DNA of 64,000 bases from Chloropicon primus (lineage: Eukaryota). The DNA lies in contig CP060757.1 in NCBI GenBank assembly GCA_023205875.1, forward strand, positions 310,001 through 374,000, written 5' to 3'. A program made the translations under genes and the position numbers. A model generated the notes under the pieces. It saw nothing but the letters and a program-made list of their open reading frames with translations, did no database searches and was not told the DNA's origin. Below, one piece after another: positions 36,501-44,464 of the stretch. The stretch's first letter is position 1. Every line of letters begins with the position of its first letter.

Positions 36501-39500
36501 TATACGACCGCGGCCTCACGCACGCTGAGATCGCTGCAAGGTATTTCACCGCGCACAAAAGTATTCATTTGGGTGCGTCAGACGACGTCACGGCGACCGT
36601 GGGGGCACCAGGCTCGAAGTTTGAGGGCCTTCAGACCTGGGTGTTCCTTGGCGATGTCCAAGGCACCCACACCATAGCAGCATCGGCGACAGATTCCTGG
36701 GCCGTTGGCGTTGAGGACGGGAAGCTCTTCCTTTCCGTCTCAGAGAGTTGCGCTTGCACGGGCCCGTGCCACAAGAAGCACGTCAGCTCCAGAGCCAAGG
36801 TAACGGCTAACCAGTGGACCAACGTTGCGGTGTCTTACAATCAGGGCGGCGCGAATTACTTTGTGGACGGGGTCTTGTTGGACAGGAGCAGCTTTGCGGT
36901 GACAAAGCACCCAGATCTGGACAGCTTCCTCATCGGAAAGAGCCCAGTGGGAGGATGCGCTTCGTGCAAAGCCCATGCACTGGACGGAGAGATCTTCGAC
37001 ATCCGCTTTGGAACCGCAGAAATGTTCTTGCCCTTCCTCGTGAAGAGCGGGACTCATTGCCCTCCAAAGGACTTGGAGTTTGGAGCGCGCGCGCTGGCCG
37101 TTTTCGAGCTGAACGAGGGGGGAGACGTGAGCGAGCTGAAGGGGCACACTGCATTGAGCGACACCAAAGTCACCCTCACCGCAAGCGGTGCACTTCAGTG
37201 GAGGAACGCCACGTACGAAGATGAGACAGACGTGCAGAGCACCGTATTGAACGTTGAGGGTCTGACCACCTGGCAAAGTGGGCAGACGGTCTTTTTCACG
37301 ATGTCCACCTACACGTCGTGTGGCAACCTGAGGACTCGCGGCGGAGAGAAGTTCACCGCGAAGTTCCAAAAAGTTGGGGTGAGCACCATCTTGGATGCAA
37401 GCGTGGTCGATACCAACGACGGAAATTATCACGCTTCCATCTCTGGATTGACTTGCGGCAGCTACAAGGCTACCATCACGAGTCTGTCCGGCTTCTCCAA
37501 GCAGGTCGACATCCAAGTGACGTCTCAAGGCACCAGTGCTGCGCACACGGTCGTGTCTTCCATCCAGTCGGAGCAGTGCTTTGGCGTGCCCTTCAAGATG
37601 GAGATCCAAGCTTTCGACCAATACGGATGCCCCTCCCTCTCTGGAACGGACGCGTACTCCGTGACACTCCAGGGCCCACACGATGCGCAGGCGACAGTCT
37701 CTTACCAGGGCGACGGCAAGTACGTCGCAGAATTCGTGCCTCTTGCCCCTGGAAGGTATTTTGCGGAATTCAAGCTCTCGGGGGATGATGGTAGCTTGGC
37801 TCCTCTCCAGACGCCGTTCCAGTGCGTCGACGTCTGCTACGGCAGCAGCTTGGTTGTCGATGGAGAATCTGGAGTCGAAGTCAGCGAAGCTGGCCTGCCC
37901 CGTGGTGCCAACCTTGAGACGGAGCTCGACATGGCTGACCAAGACATGATCGGAGGGACCCTGAAAGCCTGGATCAATCCGACGGGCATTACTGAAGGCG
38001 ATGCTTACGTCATTACGAAGCAGTCAGCCGCTGACGCAAAAAGTGGAAACTTCGTCAAGGGCTACACCCTGAAGTTGTCCAGCGACTACAAGGTGCTGGA
38101 GGGTACCATTTACGCTGGGATGGGAAAGATCGCAAACATCACGGCAAATACGACCATTGGGCTGAACGCTTGGACCCACGTTGCATTCACTTACAAGGAG
38201 AAGGACCTGAAGTTGTTCGTGGATGGCGAAGTCGTTGCCGAGACGGTCGTCACTTGGGGAGACATCTCGAATTACGCGAACCCTTACACGAGCCCCGTGA
38301 GCATCGGTCAAGGCTTTGTGGGCTTGATCGACGAGGTCACGCTCCTCGCCGTGGCTCAGGACCCTTCGCACCTCAGGGACGAACGGTATTGTCCTCCCGG
38401 GGGGCCGAGTGGCTACTACGGTTACGACAAGGTCGTCCTGTACTTGCCATTCAACGGATATTCTGATGTGAACACGACGACTCCGGGTTATGGGCGCACG
38501 TGCCTGCCGGGGGGAACCGACAAGTCGTGCCTGACCGGCCAGCTGTTCGGCACCGCCGCGTTGAGCCAGATGCTCTCGCCCTTGATCAGGGAAAACCCTG
38601 GCGTCGGAACTCCTGGCGCGACGTACACGTCCTTCTCCAAGGGAGACGCCGGCTTCCCAGCCTTCCAGTCTTCCTTCAACAGCATCAAGACAAGTTTCAA
38701 GGTGGAAGGAATGGACGTCTGCGGTTTCAGGTACCAAAAGGGTGAGTCCGGCGCCTACGGAGTGCAAATCGCGAAGAAGGACGTGGAGTACCTCTCCTCC
38801 TCTGGACCTGGAACAGAGGAGTACCCTGTCACGACCTACGGCGAGACTTCCACCATCTATGCATCTTTGGACGATGGCCAGGTCAACTCGTGTTACGCCG
38901 GCAAGCCGGCCCAGCCTTATGTCCGGGGCAACACTTACCTCCAGAGCATATCGGTGGACACGGCTGGGCTTTATGTCATGACCCCTTTCGCGAACTCGTC
39001 GGCAGGAGTCTCGTTGGGAGAACCCCTGCCCCGGCATGCGGAATCGAAGGTGCCCCACGCAATCACCGTGCTTGAGCCGGAGAAGAGCTACGTGGCAGGG
39101 GCCACCAGCACTCTCCGAATCCAAGTGTACGACAGCGCGGGCAACACGATTTCCGGGGGTGACCTCGATCTGCAATTTGAAATGACCCTGGTTGGCCACT
39201 CTTCCACGGACAATACCCCTGTGGAGATTCACTTTGACTCCGACAGTTCGTCGCACTTGCTTACGTTCAAGTTGTCGTCTGCACCCGCCCCTTCTGGATA
39301 CAACTTGCTGTTCCTTCACAAGGGCGTCTTGGTGCCATCTGATGTCTACCCGCTCGTCTTGCAAGTCGCCGAGGCTGACTTCAGGACCGTGGCCACAGAT
39401 TCGAGCCATCCCTCCGCGTGCCGAGTGGGCCACTCCTCGGCGTTGCACAACGGCAACCTCTACGTTTGGGGTGGAGCCGACAGGAAGCAGATGCATTACT

Positions 39501-41428
39501 CGAACGAGATGATGGTGTTGCGCGGCGTTGAGCAGTCCGTGCAGAAGTCTTTCCTTTACGAGAAGACGATTACTTTGGACAATCTTCCGGATCTGAGCGC
39601 CATCGATGATGAGACCTTCCCGTTGGTTTTCGAGGTGAACACCAAGGAGCTCTTCGAAGCTGGAAGGGTGCTTCCTAGCTGCAACGACGTCATGTTCACC
39701 CTGGGTGGCGAACCGATGTTCTACCACATGGACCCTTCGCCCGGGTGCAACAGCGACAAGTCCGTCTTCTACCTCAAGCTGCACTCGACGAAGGTCGCGG
39801 CAATGCAACCGGGTCCCGTGGCGATCAAGATGCTGTACGGCAACCCCTCCATGGTCAGCGGCCCGGGGCACTTCTCGAAGCCGAGAGAGATTTTCGACTT
39901 GTATGAAGATTTTGAGGGCGCTGAACACGCCGGATCTTTCCGGTCCGTCGACTCGTGCGACGGCTCTGGAAGTGCGACGTATCTCGAAGGCCTGGACAAG
40001 ACGACGTTCTCGCAGCAGCAAGGCTTCTCAAAGCATGGGAGTGGAGCACTCCGCGCGGACTCCAGAGCAGGCAGCGGGACGCTGGTTTCGCTTGTGAACC
40101 CCGCCCTCCCGCCAATGAAGCACTTCCACCTGAAGGCTTGGTTCTGGGATTCCAACGCGAAGGAGAGCACCCACTACATCTCTTCTGACCAGGCCCACGC
40201 GTGCACCCTCAAGCATTCAAGCGATTCTGCTGCTGTAGGAACCTTCACGGGCAGTCACAAGGGCAAGATCTGCTTTGCGAGCCCGTGGGAGAGCAGCACC
40301 GTGGCGAGGACTGCGGAGTGGAAGCTCCTGGAGATCGTGAGCTCCGTCGAGGGATCCTCCGTCGTCGTAAACGGAGAGGTCCAGAAGAAATCCAGTGGAA
40401 TCACCCTCGACAACGTCGTGATAAGGGCGGGAGAGGACGCGTCTCTCGCATTTTGGGACGGTGTCACCGTCTTGAAGCTTTCTTCGAGGCCCGAGCTCCA
40501 CAACCTGGTCGCGACATCGCAGCCGATGCAGTCGGATGTCAAGCTTCTGGCAGGTGGCAACCAGGAATGCCTGGCCGCCGCCTGCCAGAAGAGCAACAGC
40601 GGCTGGGCTCCTGCCACGTCGAGCACCGCTCCTCCGGCTAGGTTCGGGCACTCGGCCGTCTCCTACAATGGAAAGAAGTACATTTTCGGAGGCGAGAAGA
40701 ACACGTACTTGTTCAACGATGTTTGGGTGTTTGACTTCAGCGTGGAGGAGTGGAAGCACGTTCTGCCCAAGGGCGACACCTTGCCGGAAGCACGTGTGTC
40801 GCACTCTGCCGTGGTCTCCGGGAACAAGATGGTCATCCAGGGTGGAAGAAACAAGGCCGCGGCCCTGCTCTCTGACGTCTGGGAATTCGACCTGGATCAG
40901 GAGAGCTGGAGGTTGGTGGCCAACACGACCATCCTTGGCAGGAGGATGGGCCACTCCGCTTCTGTTGTCAAGGACAAGATGTACGTCTTTGGCGGTCTGT
41001 CTTCCCAGAGCCAGCCTGCTGGCAGCTCGAAGGAGATCGTCGTGATGCGCTGCTCCGCCCACGACATGGCCAGGTGCGAGGACATCACTTTTGGCTGTCC
41101 CGAGGCTCCCTCGACAACGAAGACTATTGCTGACGTCGGGCTGGGACCCAGGTACAAGCACACCGCCACAACAAAGGGAGGATTCATTTACCTTGTCGGT
41201 GGCTCGGACCCCACGAGCGGAAAGATGGAATCCTCCGGCCACGTCTTCTCCTTCGAAGCGGATTCTTGCGAGTGGGAGCAGGTTGTCATCAACGGCGACG
41301 GTTTCGTGGGGGAAGAGCACAGCGCTGTCATGGGTGGCGAGGCCCTCTACTTGTTTGGAGGTCAAACCAGCAGGGCGTCCGAGTCGGATGACGCTGCGTG
41401 CACGAAAGCCTTCTTGTCTGTTTTCTAA
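30524..41428 (+). CDS. Giant (3,634 aa) secreted multidomain protein: LamG/ConA-like repeats, IPT/TIG-like, filamin-type Ig, DUF2341 and Kelch repeats
   Basis: Single uninterrupted ORF with a signal peptide before SHFRYGTLSW. Repeated W(H/T)HVA...(L/F)(Y/F)VDG and F.G.(I/V)DEV LamG motifs; D..DG.Y filamin repeats; R.GHS....YVFGG Kelch blades. TGTAA signals at ~41455-41467. Confidence 0.85.
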   Translation: MAGTKGPWTRWSLALVALLVLVGHVRASHFRYGTLSWEPLDTISGNKREVLFTFKAAFRKNYHWGSNANQQWAQTSSVEATQVFYGSESTLKDASVGYDGTRPGCNLEGTATEKRACYKCPSNAELTVYGCENSSPKHDRLGTDSNGNGVSGEKFYVRFPALKQNDGSDIVQCPDPFYCDVSKALIDEATRVPLFTKTDNSAQRTLCASYRDNPTKDAGKCAPWDEVYGMFMGDGTSKTIDFEVTYIHESDNPIVGNYLLGTSKFTHSYEQDTSSPFLAYFTGGDRIYECDYPSTKLTSSGVCDGVLNNLLRNNQEGRYRLETSVLLKSGATNRSPVAAMIPILPVPVTAITDRSRFQVTAYDPDGDELTFAFGNVEEMGGIVRSKSDAFPWSTNPGTAVEAYSAETGELDAKYGVQYGRFHCDETSKQFLLEGKCPSDRVPQSVLGMDIYSFKSIVPGLIEWNTWRKLKSNGDYEACIESKAGCETMPQGLYNVVVMVSDGNSKVPIDFMVYLYDGQLHFCNKYCKDNKMGAPNPVGVTQNPYTDNYEGLAYKPAYAGTQTFADKDGIYGADFLVEGTALRFAQSCTICGMGTGNTTACTPMAADDQCGVDSFGSIVPATGACVINQPPRFVSDGTVTITSTRSIYDTPGLAEYNANKALGAIGAVDGTYELPKVQGYFGKELSFSVTAQDDDDCSELLVDSTVLPEGSYLEDAEYLVNYETFPNGQKVRRKFKWPASMVGGSDTRAAKSKVCFYAFDKYLVTAQPFYCIEINLIPEPPTEDEVLLRFDCKLSLNWNELLGRFVVQDELTKFYSSTKYEGYMWHHAMVSIDDKGKGSLYVDGQLTGLDLTVGTNVDDVATFNKGTAIGTQFSTISYPNKCVSAPARRQLLANDDYPVTDGFLNTTGLGINPATGDCCTFKIAQRCTTDAGTRDFEGFVDEVAVWNRNLHKEEVHHAMFNMPASRFERKLIAPRGVQVDVAAGRVLWGRFNNPCTEGQAGNTAVHSGSSDSAGSTAGEVVDEAPGFKVTDDTNDPITFKDYMTHSKYVFTGVPWLAPYLHSVESSAHLSIDGGSPVTVKGIGFAKSPFLKCTNSYSMMSGAAEGTHAGSAGTQEPYGAGKLYVELDATTSLLREDSDGGPVSLTKVSKSAASPVSAFDTSKPGLYRESLSHPTNSASRTSSWDVASNAALRSGTIPVFEASRTGSDLEGESIHGTWEVLQCGAPPASFPSDRYELSVSNDAGLSIANTKTRTFTEYALQLDGTVALSADSKIVGSTYMMWFQISEPTLTFATLISLSNGLGFTYEDEIVHAVYGNQKLGSLGSKTSLNEWHHVAISIESGHTRAYIDAQTVVDIAMPNIEGGYALQNVGSNFKGIVDEFKVFGSALSTAEVLKAAFRRELDLSAMNAYYRFNENYLDFTGKTTISVISKGNAKFVSVGAPWEPTSVYVVNGVAANSVPQVSQTEDALQLAGFNFAKSQWLKCNFGTEALEFAYSTSSPPADSSPDVISTGSLDRPDQRVQSLDGAEMYSVKGEQIDATFESISSVSCNSPLYADGLSRTISAATIDMSVGQSAAALPGVSSDIQGPIKLGINETALKCAGGATFVPVEGATQGLSDASNGYTISLFVLPDAEKLGGTDNVAVLSVQSSDLTKVISRVEILGTGEFVYYDDYIKYVEAPAQTGNASTHAPWRHVVVSIDKNGVGKFTVDGQTSEFSSLADIPAAAKMTLCATLGSSADGPSSYPGLVDEVMIFSDALSYSEVSAMHEHHGAGPDASNAAALVAYFPMNRNASGDILDAEVYSGETAPKLVMNENQSERGEISLALNRGAQGLDPAPSAGGPSMLDLQRKLVSHYTMDSPKHVRNATSIEVSDVVGSRHGVVPVDAAVPNRNGVLNAALLTESMQIPPPSTYLGQDYTICLWAKIKDFEKTKAMTEALDLLEAWKMFCSVGNTDFFVNYESASESQAAVLASIFQPLVAEGKLNAFKMSSDDLWIYDRGLTHAEIAARYFTAHKSIHLGASDDVTATVGAPGSKFEGLQTWVFLGDVQGTHTIAASATDSWAVGVEDGKLFLSVSESCACTGPCHKKHVSSRAKVTANQWTNVAVSYNQGGANYFVDGVLLDRSSFAVTKHPDLDSFLIGKSPVGGCASCKAHALDGEIFDIRFGTAEMFLPFLVKSGTHCPPKDLEFGARALAVFELNEGGDVSELKGHTALSDTKVTLTASGALQWRNATYEDETDVQSTVLNVEGLTTWQSGQTVFFTMSTYTSCGNLRTRGGEKFTAKFQKVGVSTILDASVVDTNDGNYHASISGLTCGSYKATITSLSGFSKQVDIQVTSQGTSAAHTVVSSIQSEQCFGVPFKMEIQAFDQYGCPSLSGTDAYSVTLQGPHDAQATVSYQGDGKYVAEFVPLAPGRYFAEFKLSGDDGSLAPLQTPFQCVDVCYGSSLVVDGESGVEVSEAGLPRGANLETELDMADQDMIGGTLKAWINPTGITEGDAYVITKQSAADAKSGNFVKGYTLKLSSDYKVLEGTIYAGMGKIANITANTTIGLNAWTHVAFTYKEKDLKLFVDGEVVAETVVTWGDISNYANPYTSPVSIGQGFVGLIDEVTLLAVAQDPSHLRDERYCPPGGPSGYYGYDKVVLYLPFNGYSDVNTTTPGYGRTCLPGGTDKSCLTGQLFGTAALSQMLSPLIRENPGVGTPGATYTSFSKGDAGFPAFQSSFNSIKTSFKVEGMDVCGFRYQKGESGAYGVQIAKKDVEYLSSSGPGTEEYPVTTYGETSTIYASLDDGQVNSCYAGKPAQPYVRGNTYLQSISVDTAGLYVMTPFANSSAGVSLGEPLPRHAESKVPHAITVLEPEKSYVAGATSTLRIQVYDSAGNTISGGDLDLQFEMTLVGHSSTDNTPVEIHFDSDSSSHLLTFKLSSAPAPSGYNLLFLHKGVLVPSDVYPLVLQVAEADFRTVATDSSHPSACRVGHSSALHNGNLYVWGGADRKQMHYSNEMMVLRGVEQSVQKSFLYEKTITLDNLPDLSAIDDETFPLVFEVNTKELFEAGRVLPSCNDVMFTLGGEPMFYHMDPSPGCNSDKSVFYLKLHSTKVAAMQPGPVAIKMLYGNPSMVSGPGHFSKPREIFDLYEDFEGAEHAGSFRSVDSCDGSGSATYLEGLDKTTFSQQQGFSKHGSGALRADSRAGSGTLVSLVNPALPPMKHFHLKAWFWDSNAKESTHYISSDQAHACTLKHSSDSAAVGTFTGSHKGKICFASPWESSTVARTAEWKLLEIVSSVEGSSVVVNGEVQKKSSGITLDNVVIRAGEDASLAFWDGVTVLKLSSRPELHNLVATSQPMQSDVKLLAGGNQECLAAACQKSNSGWAPATSSTAPPARFGHSAVSYNGKKYIFGGEKNTYLFNDVWVFDFSVEEWKHVLPKGDTLPEARVSHSAVVSGNKMVIQGGRNKAAALLSDVWEFDLDQESWRLVANTTILGRRMGHSASVVKDKMYVFGGLSSQSQPAGSSKEIVVMRCSAHDMARCEDITFGCPEAPSTTKTIADVGLGPRYKHTATTKGGFIYLVGGSDPTSGKMESSGHVFSFEADSCEWEQVVINGDGFVGEEHSAVMGGEALYLFGGQTSRASESDDAACTKAFLSVF

Positions 41429-41550
41429 ACGCATTCTTATCAACAACAAAAGATATGTAAATTGTAACATTATTGATTCTAGGTAACGCTCTTTGGTTCT
41501 CTCAACAACGAAAGGCAAAAAGCTTCGTCAAGGTCTGTTGTTGGGTTGGT

Positions 41551-42428
41551 TCAGCTCACTTGAGCCGTTCTCAGGCCTTGCTCCTCCATGTAGATCTGCT
41601 CCTGCACGTCCTTGAGCGGCTGATTCCACAAGCCCATCTCCCTGAGGTACTTCTCGTGCTCCTCGGGGCTGACGCCAAAGCCGTGCAAAAGGCACTTCCC
41701 TTGAGCGCAGTACGTGCACCCCCCAGTCCTTCGGCAGAAGGTGACGATGTCTTCCCACTCCTTCCTGGCGACGACAACGCTTCTCTTCGCGGGGGGCTTG
41801 TCTCTCCTCAGCGTTCCATCGGGCCAACGGAACACTCGATTGGCGATGTACTCGCCCAAAGCCTGCGACGCAAAGAACGAAAGTGACGGAGAAGAGTAGT
41901 CTCAGTCAGCCCAGACGTCTGTCAGATGTCACGCGGGCGGGCATATACCACGCACTGACTATGGGCCTAGGCAACGAATGGGGTGTGCGGACTGCTCACC
42001 TTCTTGGGGATCCCAATGTCCGGGCGTGGCTCAGAGCTTTGGCTCTGGTCGGGGGCGGGGTGCTTGGGTGCCCTCGAGCTCCCCGCCTTCGCTGCTGCTG
42101 GCCAATCCGCGGGACACGAAGGAAGGAAGGGGAAAAAGAGTTTTGGAACGGAGTTCGTGAGTCAGTCGCCCTGCCTCGGCTCGAGGACCGCGGGGGAGGA
42201 GGGGGGGCTTGCACACGCCCCGCACCCTGACCGTCCCTTCGTTTCTCTCGCGCCCAAGCCCGCGGTTCTTCCCTCTGCGCTTTCTCGCTCACCTTGCGCT
42301 TTTACTCCCGACGCCGAGGCCTTGGAGGAGGAAGACGGTGGGGGAAGAGTCGAAGAAGAAGAAGAAGAACCCTTCCCCTCAGCCACGCTCCCCCCCCTCT
42401 TTTTCACGAACGACGACAACTTGGGCAT
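41551..42428 (-). CDS. Hypothetical protein with a C-terminal Cys/His cluster; exons 42428-42293, 42097-42000 and 41862-41551
   Basis: Two GTGAGC...CAG introns with CTGAC branch motifs splice in frame: MPKLSSFVKK...KAQ|AAAKAG...GIPKK|ALGEYIANR...CRRTGGCTYCAQGKCLLH. Confidence 0.6.
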
Positions 42429-42959
42429 CTCTCTCTCCCTCTCTGTTCACCGGTCAGGGCGGCAAGAGAGCACAAGTGGTGCACTTCGCTTCGCACGGGG
42501 GAGTGAAACACACACGATCCAACCCAGTGAAGTACCCCAAGCCGTTACCCCTCCCGCTACCTCTCGTGATTGCCACAAACAAGCAAGACCTCCAACCAAC
42601 ACAAGAAAAAGAAGAAACGACCAAACTCCCTCTCCGTCGTCCACAAAAACCTTCCTTTCCGGAGCCGACGAACCAGACACAAAGAACTAAGACACCCACA
42701 CCCAACCCAACCCTATGAGACCGCACGACGTTCCCAAACCAAACCAAACAACAAGAACAACAACCAAACCCTCTTGCTCTTCTCGTAACCGCCCTTCAGC
42801 CGTTTCGATTTTCTCTTCTCCCCCCCCTAGAAGTGTACCCTTGTGTACACTCTTTTTGCGTCCTACCGTTTGAACGCTTTTTTCGATAGAGGGGAACAGA
42901 GAGAGAGGAGGAGGAGGGGGTTGAGTCGTGTCGGCAGGACATTCGCACGCCTTTCACTT

Positions 42960-43280
42960 ACCCACTACCATCACCTGCATCACCACAACTACGAGCATCA
43001 CGAGAACTACAACTACGAGCATCCCCACCACCACCACCACCACCACCACCACCAGCACTGCATCACTACGACGAGGAGGAGGAACGAGGAGCAACGAGCA
43101 CTGCATCACGAGGAGGAACACTACGAGGAGCAACGAGCACTAGCACTTCATCACAAGCATCACGAGAATTACAACTACGAGCATCACCAGCACGAGCATC
43201 ACCAGTACCAGCACTGCATCACTACGACGAGGAGGAGCAACGAGCACTGCATCATCACGAGGAGGAGGAGCACTTACTAC
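42960..43280. repeat. Complex CAC/CAT/ACG/GAG minisatellite upstream of the borealin-like gene
   Basis: Repeated modules agcatcacgagaa(c/t)tacaactacgagcatc (x2), cagcactgcatcactacgacgaggaggag (x2) and gaggagcaacgagcact (x3), plus a (CAC)n run. Confidence 0.8.
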
Positions 43281-43378
43281 GAGTGCGAGTTACTAGTGCA
43301 AGGAGGAGGAGGAGGATTGGACGAGCGAAGCGTGGGAGTGAGCGAAAGGTTGTGGAGGAGAACGAGGTCGCGGACAAC

Positions 43379-44380
43379 ATGGAGGAGATCCGTAGGGATG
43401 TGGAGAGCAAGTGCGCGGCGCTTGAGGCGTTCTGCGACGAGGCTGCTTTGGCTCTCAGGAGCGAGCTCAAGATTCAGCTCCTGAAGCTTCCCAAGAAGGT
43501 CAGGAACATGCCGCTGAAGGAGTTTCTCAGCAAGTTCGCCGGGGACATCAACAAGGTGATACTGGACGAGCTGAACGCGCGATGGATCACGAGCGAGGGA
43601 GGAGACCTCAGTGCCCTGGAGAACTCCAGCGCCGCGGTGGGGCAGCGAACGACGCTGAGGAGAGGGACGAGGAGGAGGGCCGCGCCGGCGACGGTGATGG
43701 CGACGAGGACGACGAGGAAGAGGGCGAGGGAGGCCGCGGCGTCGGAGGTTGTGGAGGATGCCAGGATTCCCGCGACCGAGGCGAGGGCGACGAGGGCGAG
43801 GACGAGGGCGTCGTCCATGCAGATGCAGACCCCAGCCGTGTCCAGGACCCAAGCGAGCCGGGTGCCGTTCACCCCCGTGGTCACGAACTCCCTTCCACCT
43901 GACTTGGCCCTCCCGGCGAACACCGTCCTGAGGAACCCCAAGAGGGGAGAGGTCTTCTTCTCGAAGAACGGCTCGCCGCTGGGAATGTGCGCCGAGGCCG
44001 ACGAGGGCGAGTACGAAGGGGAAGGATACGAGAACGAGAACAGCCTCGTGACCCCGATGGCCAAGCAGTGGAAGGCGGCCGCAAAGAGTGCGATCAAGAC
44101 CTCTGCGACCGTCAGGTGCACGAGGAGGACCAGGCAGAGCAAGAACGCCAGCTCGTCCGTCGGAGGGCTGGACCAGCTGGAGGAAGGGGACGAAACCCCC
44201 CTGAGCCCAGAGGACTTGCAGATCTTGCTGACGAACGAGGAGGGAGAGGAGATCAAGCTAGACAACGAGAACATCGAGAGCTCGGACCTTCCGGTGGACA
44301 TCAAGTCCATGGCGCTCGGTAAGCTGATGGGCCTGCAGAACAAGGTGATGTCCATGATCGCAAGCCTCGGACAGCAGTAG
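43379..44380 (+). CDS. Borealin-like chromosomal passenger complex subunit
   Basis: Nbl1/Borealin N-terminal helix ELKIQLLKLPKKVRNMPLKEF; LRNPKRGEVFFSKNGSPL motif; several TP/SP sites. Confidence 0.75.
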   Translation: MEEIRRDVESKCAALEAFCDEAALALRSELKIQLLKLPKKVRNMPLKEFLSKFAGDINKVILDELNARWITSEGGDLSALENSSAAVGQRTTLRRGTRRRAAPATVMATRTTRKRAREAAASEVVEDARIPATEARATRARTRASSMQMQTPAVSRTQASRVPFTPVVTNSLPPDLALPANTVLRNPKRGEVFFSKNGSPLGMCAEADEGEYEGEGYENENSLVTPMAKQWKAAAKSAIKTSATVRCTRRTRQSKNASSSVGGLDQLEEGDETPLSPEDLQILLTNEEGEEIKLDNENIESSDLPVDIKSMALGKLMGLQNKVMSMIASLGQQ

Positions 44381-44464
44381 GTTTTAGAACCACTAAAGAT
44401 AAATATGTATTACTATTTTTCGGAAGCACTTAGCACTCAAGAATGGTTTTCGTTTTTGGTGTGC

